A stretch of DNA of 64,000 bases from Paraspadella gotoi (GCA_051294375.1 CM119268.1:14147037-14211036), one strand, 5' to 3'; shown: positions 17,470-36,435, numbered from the stretch's first letter. The notes: generated from the letters alone by a model not told the origin. Made by a program: numbers and translations.

Positions 17470-18112
17470 CTTTAAGCAATATTTTTTTTGGTCATGAATA
17501 TATTATCTAAGATTCAGTCCATTAGCGAAAAAAAAACAAACTTGTAAACAATATTCAATCCAGTTTCTTCTCAATCAAAGGCAAAGTTCAAAAAATGTTG
17601 GTTGTTCCCAGTTTTGGTCTTCCACCCTTGAAAGTCACGTCGGTTTCAATTCTTTTCAATTGATAAATGTTTTTTTGGAGAAGAATCAGGTCTTTTTCAT
17701 ATACCAATTTATGACTGTGTCATGTTTGGAATTAGATAGTACAGCGTTTTAATCATTCTTAGAACCTAAATGGGCTAGTTAAAAAAAATCTTCCGTTAAT
17801 AGAATCATAATTAGAGCCATAATCATACGGAAATATAAATCGTGATTCGCTTTTCTGCCAATCGTTCTAATTTTTTTCCCGATTATCTCCCGAGAGTGTC
17901 TGAAGAGAGCAAGGAAACTGAAAAACAGGTTTTTTATGTTTTGTCGGTAAATCGAGACTAAGCGAGGAAGCAAGGACTCGATTCTTGTCGGTGATTCACC
18001 GACATCTACTTTTAATATAATATATGATTATAAATTAGAATTTATTACATTTTTGTTAGAGAAAAGGTTTGAATAATGAGTTTTAACAACGATTTTTATT
18101 TTTCAAAGTAAA

Positions 18113-18154
18113 AACGGACTTGTTTCGGATTACATTTAAGCCTTCATCAGCGTT
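18113..18154 (-). ncRNA. Minimal type I hammerhead ribozyme motif (Penelope-like element type)
   Basis: Minus strand reads AACG CUGAUGA A GGCUUA AAUG UAAUCC GAAAC AA GUC CGUU: complete catalytic core, stem I AACG/CGUU, 6-bp stem II with one mismatch, minimal stem III and a GUC cleavage triplet. Confidence 0.7.
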
Positions 18155-18188
18155 AAATTTGCTTTTAAATTTAACGCTGATGAAGGCT
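18139..18188. repeat. Perfect 22-bp inverted repeat with 6-nt spacer overlapping the hammerhead 5' half
   Basis: agccttcatcagcgttaaattt (18139-18160) gctttt aaatttaacgctgatgaaggct (18167-18188). Confidence 0.95.
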
Positions 18189-18645
18189 AATTAATAATTA
18201 GTAATTATTATATAATATTATATAATATTATATAATTAGTAATTAATAATTAGTAATTATACCACACAACGAAAAGAAAGTTTGTAACATAATGTCTACA
18301 TTTTTATTATATGAAATTTTATTAATCTTATGAATCTTATGAATTTCGAATTTTCCTATTAGTTTGAAACCGCACTCGTACAAAAAGTTTTCTTTTTTTT
18401 TTTCACATAAACTCGTTTTTTTGATCAAAAATACGTCAAAAAATCATTCGTTTGAATAGAATGCTTAGTTTCTCGGTCGGCTAAATAAATGGCTCAGTTT
18501 GACAAAGTGTTCTTTATTGGAATATAAAAATGCATTGCTCAAAGAATCCAAAAAACTCTGAAATCGAGCCTGAACCTCCTGCGCCACCTACATTGTTGAC
18601 CCGAAACAGTTTAACGTAACTTCGTTTCTTGACAAAGTTTTGCGA

Positions 18646-21600
18646 TCAGACAGACATTCTGGGCGAGTTGACCAGGAGATTGGGAAGGCGGACAGATATT
18701 CGATCCGAGACCCAAAACGCGATGTTCTTTTGTTGGTCGAAAAAATAGAGTTAATAATGTAATAAATGATAAAAATAAAAAAGTAAAAAAATAAATCAAT
18801 AAGTTTAGATGATATAAATTACAACAGTAACAACAAAATAAATAACTGCTACTTCAGCCTATTTGTAAAAGGAAGGAACTACAACAACAACCACAACGAC
18901 GACGACAACCTCCTCGTAGTAGGAACTTTCGTTGATGAAGATGGGATACGTGGATCTGGATCCTTTGAAGGGAATCACTTCTCCGTCGGCCCTGAGGAAA
19001 GCCGGCTGACCTGGGTCCAACTTGCAGAAATCTCGGTCCTGCATCCGGACAAATAATTATTTAAAAGCTTGTTAAAAATTAATAATAATTATTGGCGGAG
19101 ACAGAAAGAGACATTTATCCACCACAAAACGTGAAATTTTCACGTTAGTTTTTTAATAAAAATCTTTCTCTTCTGGATTTTTTTATATAAATATTTTTAT
19201 CTTTATTTTTATATTTTTATTTTGTAATCCAGTTAATCTTTATCTCGGACAAAAAACGTTAAAAACGTTTCACCTGCAATTCCGGATGAATCATGACGTC
19301 TTTATCCCAAGCGTCAATCAACCGACTCTTCTTGATCGGATATGGGATCTTCATCGAGGGCAAGAAGACCTTGACGAGGTCCCCCGCCGACCGCTCCACG
19401 TCGTTGAGACTCTCCAAGAAATCTAGCGACATCTTGACGGCGAGTCTGAGACGCTCGACGACGTCTGCTCTGACGACGCCGTGGGGCTCGGAGCCGACGT
19501 CGACCGAGAGACCGAAGTTGTTCGGCATGACGATGTGGTGCGGCTCTTCCGAAGACTCGAAGGCGACCACGCGAAGAGGAAGAGGAGGGGAACACTTTTG
19601 GACGGAATCCTGAGAGGGAATTGGGGAAATTGTGGCAGCACTTGTTGAATGTTGAATGTCCTCAGCCTCGTCTCAATGGCTGAGCAGGCTAAATCATCTC
19701 GTTACAACCGTGAGTCCCGGGTTCAAATCCCTTGGTATCCCGGTTCTGGCTTAAATGTGACGGAGCCAGTGACAGGAGGAGGTCACTGAGGGTCCACAGC
19801 CCCTACGCCAGTTGGTGAGATACCCCGCGCCCCGGGAATCACAGGCATTCCTCCCGTAGCCATAAAATGGGCTTTACCTTTTTCTGCTGATCAATCCGTC
19901 TCTTTATCTTTTGTCTGTCTGTTTGTTTTCTGTCTCATAGGCTCTATGCCTGTTTTTTGTCTCTCTGTCTATTAGTTTTTTATCCCTATCTGTCCGACTG
20001 TCCATCAGACTGCCACTCTATCTCTGTCACTCTATGACTGTATCTCATATCTGTGTCTCAGTCACCCGCAAATGCTGCGCAACGTGAAAGGCGAGCCAGC
20101 ATTTTCGATTTCTTCTCAACCAATTCTCCACGTCTTCCGAGTTTCGTCGAGTGTAGAACCTGAGAAAATGACTCAACTCTTTCGGAAATGTCACATCTGG
20201 GCCGGAGACAAACCGATAGTCACAGGGAGTCACGTAATGAAAGAACTTCTAAAAGTTTAAGTTTAAGAAATAATACAGATCAAGCTTTAAACTCAAGTTG
20301 ACCCTGCCAACAGGCTTTACTAATTTTCATCTCCTCGATCAAATCAAATTAAATCAAATCTGTTTAAAGAATCGGCCAATGTCGAAGCTAATTGTCAAGC
20401 CCACTCCTTTCCACCCCCCCGCCCCTCGACTCTGGCTCAACGACTGACATGATGACGACGACGATTCCAACGTTCGACGTCGTCGAGTGAAGATCGATGA
20501 GGAAGTCCGTGTTTCCGTTTCCGTACTTTTGGTGAATCTCCGACGCGCGCTGCCTCTCGTACGAATGCGGACCGGACTCTAGACGTTGGACAAAGACGCT
20601 CACCGTTCATTGTGGTCTGTGGACGATTTTAAAAGGCTACGGGCTTACAGCAGATTCCGGCTCGATAATTCACTTTGTCGATAATCATATAAATAAAATA
20701 TATAAATAAATAATAATACAAATAATCAAATAATTCTTTAATCAATTAATCAATTAATTATTCAATCTAACCATCAATTAATTATTCCATCAATTAATCG
20801 ATCAATTAATCGTTGTCGGTGTTTTCGTCGTCGTGGCCATTATCGTCGTCTTTTGCTTTTGTCGTGGTCAGTGATGGAAAAAAAAAAACCAAGTTTGAGC
20901 AAGCAATGTCGGATCTTATTAAAAAAATTAATTAATTAAATCGCTAATGAGCGTGGGCGGATCCGGAATTTTTTTGCACAAACATGTTTTTGGAGCTTCT
21001 GGACACAAAGCCAAATCTACCCAAAAATGGCACGAAGAAAACGGGATCGAGGTGCTCAAAGGTTGGCCCAAAAAACTTGCCAAACAGCATCAAAAAAGTC
21101 TGGTCAACGACGAAGAGGGAGATTTTGCAGTACAACGCCAGTCGACGAAATAAAGAGAATCGTAAAACGCGTTTATATTTGCGCAGGCTCTACGACTCTC
21201 TCCCTTTTCCTATGGAATCAGTGCTGGAAGGAAGCAAATGGTGGGCCGACAAAGTATTAAGCACTGAGTTTCATAAATGTTTTGGTTTCCTTCAAAAAGT
21301 GAAATAAAATGCTTTTATCATAACTATTAAACTTTTTTTGTACACATGGATACGATGATTCGTCGTTTCATGCAGAATTACGTCATAATCGGTAAATATC
21401 CTGATATTTAAAATAATTAATCAATCAAATTATATTTGACTCGTAACAGACGCGAACACAGTTTGAAAGCTTCATCATAACTGACCTTCCCGCTTACTCA
21501 CCCGACAATGGTTGAGGGTCTTTCTGAAAAGCTCGATTGAGGTCATCGTCGATGAGACGGCGACACGTTTGGACGGCCTTGGGATTACCGATCTCCACGA

Positions 21601-21760
21601 AGACGTCGAGAGTTCGACGCTGCAGCTCCAACGCCCCTTCAGGCGTCGACCAGTAGCGTGTTAAAAAGACGCCGCTCAGTTCGTTGCCGTGGATGCCTCC
21701 CATGATGAGGACGCGCTTAACGGGCTGAATGTCCACGCTCTCTTCAGAGTTCTCGGACAT
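18646..21760 (-). CDS. ASPA: Aspartoacylase / aminoacylase-3 family protein, 6 exons
   Basis: Exons ~21760-21502, 20578-20449, ~20159-20066, ~19610-19273, ~19038-18910, ~18726-18646. Motifs GGIHGNE, CRRLIDDDLNRAF, DLHSTTSN, VGSEPHGVVRAD, MIHPELQDRDF and YPIFINESSYYEE match the ASPA/ACY3 family. Orthology to ASPA versus ACY3 is not resolved. Confidence 0.93.
19670..19885 (+). mobile_element. tRNA-derived SINE-like element, antisense in aspartoacylase intron 3
   Basis: A-box-like tggctgagcagg, B-box ggttcaaatcc, GC-rich body related to 30875-30930 and 31204-31306, and a ctttaccttttt tail. Confidence 0.7.
20990..21260 (+). mobile_element. Decayed Tc1/mariner transposase C-terminal fragment in aspartoacylase intron 1
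   Basis: Across frameshifts it reads ASGHKAKSTQKWHEENGIEVLKGWP / LPNSIKKVWSTTKREI / YLRRLYDSLP / ANGGPTKY*, matching the Tc1 pattern HxxxxTxxWxxxxxIxVLxWP..LNPIENVW..LxxSMPxR..GGxTKY. Confidence 0.8.
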
Positions 21761-22448
21761 CTCGGGGCGTTGGTGTGGAATGGATTGACCGTGACCGGAG
21801 CGGATTCGCGACTGAAGACTGGAGTGGCTTGGCCAAGACTGGAGCGGAATTGTGACTGGAGTGGCAGATCAGATCTGTTCTGATAGGTTGGGTCAAATAC
21901 GGTCGTCTTAAATCTTTATTAATCCTCTCTTTTTCTTCTGATTTTTGTTCGAAGACAGAGTAGAGAGATGAAATAAGGCGTTGAAGCTCAATTAAGAATT
22001 CAATTTTAAAAAAAAAGTTAAATACCCAGTATAACCTTTGTTTATCATTGATCTGTATTTCTCATTTTCTGCAAATTAAACCTTTTATTCACTTGGTTTG
22101 CTCTAAATTCCCAGTTAATCTTGCATTGGAAACGAAACTAAAGAATTTTAAGAACCTACCTTTCAAAACCTAGAAAATCTTCGTCTTCAACTACAAGTTC
22201 GCTTTATATTACTAATTTTATCTATTGTTCTACGATTCACTTTGCCGGTCCGACGGTCCCACCCCAAAATCTTGTCGGTAAGTCACTTAGATGATGTCAG
22301 AACATCGAATTATGATAAATTATACCCAAAAAATCGATGTCCGTCCGTCTGTCTGTCCGTCCATCATCAGGGGTCACTCTTTGAGTGGTGAGACCACTTG
22401 GAGGGATGTGTAGAGACTACCCAGTGTATACGACCGTAACTTTCATCA

Positions 22449-22525
22449 GCGGCGTAATAGTCCACTGGGCTAACAATTCATCTCTTGAACCGAATGGTCC
22501 CAGATTCTAGCCCTGGTCGGAACTG
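22449..22525 (+). mobile_element. Degenerate tRNA-like SINE head
   Basis: tagtccactggg (A-box-like) and agattctagcc (B-box-like) at tRNA spacing; the element runs into an N gap. Confidence 0.4.
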
Positions 22526-24941
22526 TCCTTCCAAAAGAGTGACGGGATGGTTAAATCACCGACAGCAAGCGGGGCGTGNNNNNNNNNNNNNNNNNNNNNN
22601 NNNNNNNNNNNNNNNNNNNNNNNNNNNNNNNNNNNNNNNNNNNNNNNNNNNNNNNNNNNNNNNNNNNNNNNNNNNNNNNNNNNNNNNNNNNNNNNNNNNN
22701 NNNNNNNNNNNNNNNNNNNNNNNNNNNNNNNNNNNNNNNNNNNNNNNNNNNNNNNNNNNNNNNNNNNNNNNNNNNNNNNNNNNNNNNNNNNNNNNNNNNN
22801 NNNNNNNNNNNNNNNNNNNNNNNNNNNNNNNNNNNNNNNNNNNNNNNGGGTGGAGAAAAGGGGAGGAACCACGGGAGACAGATTTTGAGAAAGGGTAAGG
22901 CGAGCAATTTGATTAGGGAGGAAGTGCTAATAAAAGTGAATTCAAAAGTTTCTTACGCATTTAAAACAGTTTAAAAAAAAATCACAAAGTAAAATATTTA
23001 ATAATAAATTAATATTTCCGCTTTTTTTTTCTTCGTTTGATTTATTTCTAAGGGATATTCACAACGAGGAAGCTACTTTATATGACAAAAAAGACAATGG
23101 AGAAAAAAAAAACCCGCTCAATAGAGTAAGTGTTAGATTCAATAAGCGGAAAAGATGGTGAAGAATTCCGAGAAAAGATAAAAAAATATTCCCGCGTGAA
23201 ACTCATTCCATTCTCCGAGAGAGACAGGCAAAAAAAAAAAAAAAAAAAAAAAATTGGTGACGACCGGCGTCCCTACAAAACAAAAAAAAAAAGAAAAAAA
23301 AAGACTTCCTTCAGTTCACGAGTCTAGGTTTATGAAAGACGGACCATCGACAGAGATCGTGTCTGGGCATCGATGCCTCGCCTTTCTCTTCTTTTTTTCT
23401 CTTTCTCTCCTTTTTTTTTACTTTCCTATCTTCTCTTACATTGAGCCTTCTTCCTTTTCTTCTCCATTCTCTTTTCTGTCTTCTTCTTCTTTTTTTCGTT
23501 TTCTTCTCTTCTTCTAGAAGCAAACTTTCCGCCCCGCTTGCTGCATTCATTCATAGCGACTCTTCTCACTACAAATTTTTTTCTGCGATGGCGAAAGCCT
23601 CATTTGCATACGCGAGTGGAGACATGGATGAATGATTGGGCGTGGGGGGGGGAGGGAGTGAGGTGGGTGGAATGCAGGGGGTGGAGGGGGGAGAGACGAA
23701 ATCCTTGGGTGTTAAACATCGTTTTTCCAGAGGATTATGAGCGGGTGGACTGAATAAATTAGAATTAAATGGTTCATATATATAATATATATATATGTAG
23801 CGACCCAAATGACGAAGACGACGACAAAGACGACGACAAACCAACGACGGTGACCTTACCATTCACCACTAGTGAATCTCACCACTCAACCATTTAGTGG
23901 ATGAAAGTTTCTCACCCACGTAACCGTTTATCTACTGTTGAGCGTTACAAACGCTAATTCTATAATTATTTGTTATTGTTGTTATTGTTATATTTCCTTG
24001 GTTATGATTTTTACTTTAATTGTTTGCCATGGTATATAGACCACATATAGACCACATATAGACCTTTCCCCGGTATGTATCCCTATCAGAAAATACAATT
24101 CTACATGGTAGTCTTATCCCTATTGGTAAAAAAAATCATATATAACTTTGGTCACCCCTCAAAAAATTATCCATTCCCACCCCTTTCTGTTCAGCCTCTT
24201 AGATATTATGATTTTTCATTAATGACTTTCTAACAGAAATGATGTGTGATATCTATTAGAAAACTAGGACAGATAGTAATCTAACCTTGTGTTGTATAGA
24301 TGCTCCCTCTATTTCCAGTAGACAACACTGACTTCCCCTTCCCAAATTGAATTATTAGATAAATAAAACATTTTTAAGAAAGAAAGCAATATATATTTGA
24401 TTAAATAATAAGATTAAATACTAAATCCTTCATAAAATATAAAAATAGAAAATAGTGAAACAAGTAATTTGCAAATTTTCATATATATTGTCGGAGCCAA
24501 AGTTTTCTTCTTTTCTTTTCGGCGGCGTTGTAGTTGTAGACAATGAAAACAAAAAATCGGGCGCTCAGGGTGCCGATATATAGACTTGAAACTGAAAAAT
24601 CGCATAAACAATTTTTGAAAACGGTCGTGATTAGAATAAAAAAGATTAAAGAAAGATAAAGAACTACGAAAAAGTATTAATCAAAATAGAAAGAGTCCAA
24701 TAGAATTGGAATAATAAGATAGATTTTGAGAAGTCCTCATAAAAAATCGGCCCACAAACATTATTTCAAAATCTAAAATTTTCGACAGTCGAGTCCATCG
24801 GTATTATTCCTTAATTGTTATCGTTAAAGATTTTCTCAGATGCGATTCAATTCCTCCTTTTATGAATTGGCGGATTTTCATGACTTCGATTCAGAAATTC
24901 AATTACTTCGGGCGCCAATCATTTTGGTTTAGAAAGCGATG

Positions 24942-24993
<52 letters not shown>

Positions 24994-25455
24994 TTCCCTA
25001 AATCGTTCTCTCGACTCTGGTTTCTCTCTCTACGGTCGATCAGGTTTCTCTCCTTTTTTCTTTGCTTTTCTTTCCGTCCTTCCCTTTTTTTCGTCGTTGA
25101 ATTAAATTTATTTATTGTCATATATTACTAAAATTTCTTCGCCACATTCTTTGATTTTTCTCTTCATTTTCTCCCTCTTCCCCTTTCCTCCCCTTTCCTC
25201 CATTTTCCTCCACCCTCCTCCGCTTTCCTCCCTTTTCTCAGACCATCTCATCCTCCACAAGTCTACTTTCTTTTGACTCAGAGACTTCGATTCTATTTTT
25301 TTTCCTGCTTCAGACTCTTTACCTTTTCGGAGGTAACCGATCCGGAGCCCAAACTCTTTCCTTTCCTTCATGTTTTTTTTTTCCTTTCGGTTTCTCGTGT
25401 TTTGAATTCTGACGCCTCCGTCGTCTCGCCTTCATTCTCTCCCATCCTTCACGCC

Positions 25456-25523
<68 letters not shown>

Positions 25524-26017
25524 TTTCTTTCTTTCTTTCTTTTCTTCTTTCTTTTTTTTAAAGGAAAAATACATCATCTCTTTTTCCACTCGCCTTTACT
25601 ATTTTTAGTCAACAAAAATACTTTACATCCCATTTGTATATAATTATTCTCGCTGTTTTCGACGTAGCCTACGTCGTAGGGCAACTCAAGAGAACTTAAT
25701 GTTAAAATCGGGAGTTTTGAAATTCCTACACTTTCAAATTCTATTGTCTATTGTCCCTGTTTACCTTCCTTCCATTGGTTCCTTCTTCAATGCCACGGCT
25801 CTCTATTTCCTTTCCTTTCCTTCCTTCCTTTCTTCCTTTCTTCCTTTCTTCCTTCCTTCCTCCCTCCCTTATCTCCTTATTTCCGATTTCCCTTCAGTCT
25901 ATCAAGTCTTTCTCTCCCCTTCGATGACTCCTAAAGAACTCATGCTTCCTTATTTACTCGATTTCTTTTTCCTTCTCGGCTTCTCTTTTCCCTCAAGTCA
26001 CATTTTTCCTCCATGAC

Positions 26018-26075
<58 letters not shown>

Positions 26076-26194
26076 TAGAGAGAGAGAGAGAGGTAGAGAG
26101 AGAGAGAAAGAGAGAGACTGCCACAGAAAAAGAAAACTGCATTTCTTACCGGTCGGTTAAACCCGTTGGAAAAAAAGTGGCGTTGGGAACACTC

Positions 26195-26263
<69 letters not shown>

Positions 26264-26436
26264 TTCTCCCGCGCGTCCAGAGTCAGGGATCGCGGCAGCG
26301 TCGGAGATGGCCCCCAATTAAAACACAATCGGCGTCGAGGTGCCAGCCTCGTTGTCAAATCACCATGGTGATCAAAACGCCGGTCGACAGCCGACGGCTC
26401 TTACGGAGGGAGAACGATGCGCTTTTGTTGGAGGAG

Positions 26437-26502
<66 letters not shown>

Positions 26503-27231
26503 GAGATGAATCATGAAGGAAGTGTTGCTTTAGCGCGTGTTTAAATTTCAAAAGGTGATTATTATTATTAGCCATCTGAGACGCTTCCCCGTTTTATCAT
26601 TGCTCTCAAAAAAAGCACCGAAATGAATAAGAATCTCGTTCTGTTTTATCTCGTTGGATCTCATCTCGTTTTNNNNNNNNNNNNNNNNNNNNNNNNNGAG
26701 AGAGAGAGAGATGAATCATGAAGGAAGTGTTGCTTTAGCGCGTGTTTAAATTTCAAAGGTGATTATTATTATTAGCCATCTGAGACGCTTCCCCGTTTTA
26801 TCATTGCTCTCAAAAAAAGCACCGAAATGAATAAGAATTCTCGTTCGTTTTTTATCTCGTTGCCAAAGTGAAATAACTCTAGAGTCTAGAGGGCCCTTCA
26901 TTTCTTTCAGTTTATCATCAAGTGCGGGGTTCATAGAATTGGGTTCTTCTCGATAAAGTCAATTCGAAAATGGCTTATGGAAACTGCCCTCGCTCTGGGA
27001 ATCAATTGATAAAACAGAAAGACGATCAAAATTTAAAAAAAAAATAAAAAAAAGTAACTTAATGAATATTTTTAAATCGTTAAGCCTTATTTTTATTTAT
27101 TTATTTTTTTAATCAAAAACAATTATTAGCGTACACTTTAACAGGGTCACTCGGTACCGAACTCGATGATTCTTCGAGAACTAGCGAAGAGCCATGAAAA
27201 TCTCCTTTACTGTGGCCACCGTCGATAAACG

Positions 27232-32360
<5,129 letters not shown>

Positions 32361-32725
32361 ATGTTTGATAAGGAAATTTCGTCCGATGAAATTACATAAA
32401 ATTCTGGTTAATAGTTACGTCGATCCCAGAACAAAGATACTTCATTGAAGAATTGAGAAATAACGAATGGTTACATTAATTTTTCGTACAAAACCAAACG
32501 AAAAAAAACAACATTAAAATGTAATGTCGCTCCTTCAATTCGTGTTTTTCTCTTTCGTCTTTTTTCCTTTCGAATCCCAAGAAATTTATTTTTTTTCCTA
32601 AGAAAACAAGTTTTTTCTCACTTTTTGGATTTTTTTTTATATAAAGAAAAACTCCGTGTTTTTTCTCCCTTTTTTTTTTGCTGAAGAGGTTTTTTATTCC
32701 AGCGATTTGACTTGGAAGAGAGACT

Positions 32726-32783
<58 letters not shown>

Positions 32784-33133
32784 TAAGACCAAAGAAAGAA
32801 ATAAAAAGAAAGAAAAAAAATATAAAAAAGGGGATAGAAGCCCCGGTTTCTTCGATTCCATTTTCAAAATCCCCTTTGATTCTATTTTAACACCAAAGAA
32901 AAACATTTGATTGACTTCGTCGTTTTGAATTAAAGGATCTCAAGATTTTTTCGGAGTCGTGGCGCGGGTTACTCGTTCCGCCACTCGAGGTCGCGGCCCT
33001 AAAGGGGATGACGTTACCGATTATGTCGCCATCGGCGCAATCGCGCTGGTTTCCAGCTTTGGGCCTTAGGGCGTCCTTGACTTGTAGTCGGGCATTGCCT
33101 AGGTTCACCCCGCCTCTAAGCATGACACCTTCA

Positions 33134-33450
33134 GTCCCGGTGGCTCATTGAGTAAAGCCATCAGCTCATGACCACTAGGTACCGGGTTCAATCCCAACCC
33201 GGTACCTACCCTGTGGGAAGCGTGAGGACGGCCGTAAGTCGCCTTGGGGGCGTGGCAACCCCTCAAGCCTGGTTCCAAGCCCAGGACCCGTTCCATGGCT
33301 ACTAAAGGGGGTTATAGAAGTTACGGATAGTCATCTTCAGCCCACTTAGCGCCTTATCCACAGACTAAGTGAACGGAATCCTTCACGTAGGGATGGCACT
33401 GTGTGGTGCTGGGCTACCAGTTTTACTAGATGAAGTAGGTGGTCAACTGT
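33134..33450 (+). mobile_element. tRNA-derived SINE-like element (second family)
   Basis: gtcccggtggctcattgagtaaagc (A box) and gggttcaatcc (B box, 33185-33195) followed by a GC-rich body; the 3' end is uncertain. Confidence 0.6.
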
Positions 33451-33761
33451 CAAAATCGCACAACCACCCTTCCTTGACTCCACCCTCTCGGCCCATATTG
33501 CCTCACCCTCCCACTCGCCAACACTCACCTTCCATCACAGATGTCGACGAGATTCTCAGGCGAAGAAAAGATAAAAATTCACAACCGAAAAAAAAAAACA
33601 GAGTCTTAAAAATTGAAGAAAAAAAAGGAGAAGAAGTGAAAAGAGATTCTCATCAAAAATTCAGGTCATTAATCCAAGTCACATAAATATTTTCTCTTTC
33701 TCTCTCTCCCCAGACTACTTTTTTTTCTCTTGTATTTTATCTTATAAGTGTTACGAGATGA

Positions 33762-33796
<35 letters not shown>

Positions 33797-35004
33797 NNNN
33801 NNNNNNNNNNNNNNNNNNNNNNNNNNNNNNNNNNNNNNNNNNNNNNNNNNNNNNNNNNNNNNNNNNNNNNNNNNNNNNNNNNNNNNNNNNNNNNNNNNNN
33901 NNNNNNNNNNNNNNNNNNNNNNNNNNNNNNNNNNNNNNNNNNNNNNNCTCTCTCTCTCTCTCTCTCCCTCACTCTCGTCACCTCCTTTTTTCCGAACCGC
34001 AAATAGAGAAGCTAATTAGCTAAATGTTCAAAAAGGTTAAAAAACGTTTAAGGACAAAGCGTGGGGGATTACCGATCGTTGAACTGGAGAGGTGTGGCGT
34101 CGCTTACGTTAAAAAAAGGTTCGACAGCCTAGGCGATGAAAAAAAATACAAATTGAATGATATGATTTAGTAATCAATGTTAATCTTATTAGTTCGTGTA
34201 AATTAAATAGTTAAGTTTAGGGACAATTTAATGATGATTAAAGTTGCTGTCTCAATTGTCGTTTGGCAATGAAATAAGGAAAATCGTTAAATATGGTAAA
34301 AATATATGTAGAAAATAGTATATTGCACCAAAAAAAAAAAAAAGTTCAAAATCGTTCAAAATCGTAGAAAAAAAAAATTGTTGAAAAATGTGAAAATTTT
34401 TTTGGGCAGACGACTACTCATCAATCATCCTTCCACGGACCGAGTTTTGGAAGGTTTGGAACCAAAACCCAGAGTCAACCGGTGCGCCGAGACAATAGTC
34501 TCATTATGATNNNNNNNNNNNNNNNNNNNNNNNNNNNNNNNNNNNNNNNNNNNNNNNNNNNNNNNNNNNNNNNNNNNNNNNNNNNNNNNNNNNNNNNNNN
34601 NNNNNNNNNNNNNNNNNNNNNNNNNNNNNNNNNNNNNNNNNNNNNNNNNNNNNNNNNNNNNNNNNNNNNNNNNNNNNNNNNNNNNNNNNNNNNNNNNNNN
34701 NNNNNNNNNNNNNNNNNNNNNNNNNNNNNNNNNNNNNNNNNNNNNNNNNNNNNNNNNNNNNNNNNNNNNNNNNNNNNNNNNNNAGAGAGAGAGAGAGCGA
34801 TAGCGAGCGCACCGGCGCTTCAAAGTATTGCGCGCCAGGGCAAAGAATAAAGAGAGGCTATGTATGATTTTTGGTCTGATGCTTTGCTTGAGAAATATAA
34901 ATAGCTTGCCTGGTGCTTGGCAAGTGCAGAGAGTCAGCGAGAAAAACAAAGGAGGGAGGGGAAGAGAGAAAAACCTTAGAGAAAACTCAGAAGAGAGAGG
35001 AAGC

Positions 35005-35088
<84 letters not shown>

Positions 35089-35295
35089 AAGGGATCGGGA
35101 CACTGGAATATTCCTATAATACCTCCGGGAATAATGAACTTCAAAGCTCAAGGTAAGAAATGTCAGCTTCGGTTCGTCTTTCCAATTTTTAAACTTCTAA
35201 ATGATATGAATTCATGTAAAGAGTCTTGAAAGAACAATATAAAACCTACTATATCGAAAGAAAATGATCGTTATGATTGACAGGAACGACGTAAA

Positions 35296-35360
35296 CCTCA
35301 GGTCGAAGTAGTAAAAGAGACTTGGGCCTCAAGATGTAGGTTCGAACCCGAAGGTTGCGG
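35296..35360 (+). mobile_element. tRNA-like SINE remnant
   Basis: B box ggttcgaaccc at 35339-35349 with a weak A box upstream. Confidence 0.35.
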
Positions 35361-36321
35361 AGGAAAAAATATTAGGGTTTAACCATGTTAAAGGATTTGT
35401 CATGCTCGTGCGTGTTAAAAAATATTTTTTGGGTTGTATAATTTATATAATTTATATAATTTATATCAAATAGGATGGAAGTTGAGAGATGAGTCCTCTT
35501 GTTTCTTGTTCGAGTCGTGCCCTTCGATCGACCTTGGAAGCCGCGATTCAGTTTTTACACGAAAAATTACTGAAAGCGAAAAAGAGGAAAGGAGAGGGAA
35601 GAGAAGAGAGGAGAGACGAGACGACGCAGGAGAGAGAGAGAGAGAGAGAGAGATTCTACATTTGAATCAAAATTAAGGATTTATTCGTAGCGATTTCGAG
35701 TTGTTATCTTTCATGTACAGAAACGCGGCACCACCTCCCTTGAAAGAGGAGGAAGAAGAAAAGTCAGGGAGTGAACAAACTGAGTGAATTTGAGTGAAGG
35801 AGAAAGAGAAGAGGGAAGAATGTGTTTTAAAGGTAGAGCGAGAGAAGGGGAGAGGGGCTATTGGAGAATAAGTGACATGAGGATTTTAATTTGAGATTCA
35901 GAAAAAACTTATGAAATTGGTACAACCAATATAAAAATTATCCATTCATTTAATAAACAAGCTATCTCTATATTAAATGATAATATGTAAGAGAAATCAA
36001 ACAAGGAGTGAGAGAGCAAAAAAATTGAAATATATATCTAAAAAAGGGGGATACCAGAGAAAATAGGAAATAAACGGTTTCTTAACAAGTCGAAAGGAGA
36101 AAGTGGATATGAATGAGGACGGTAAGACGGGTAAGGCGGGTAAGGCGAGGCAGTGAAGGGGGTCGGAAAGCGGGGGTAAGGACACAGGAGACCGAGCGAC
36201 TGGAAGGAATTCGCGTATATATTTGCGAAGGACAAGTTTTTATGTAGTAGACATTGAATAAGTTTTGCATATGGAATTTAAGACTTTCTTTTGTATAGAG
36301 GACTGACGCCAGTGGATGAAG

Positions 36322-36435
<114 letters not shown>

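Noticed and set aside
19670-19742. Functional tRNA gene (also 33134-33205)
   Set aside because: The acceptor stem does not pair and the sequence continues into a repeat body, so it is a SINE head.
26490-26862. ~170 bp direct repeat
   Set aside because: The two copies flank a 25-N gap, which is typical of an unmerged contig overlap.
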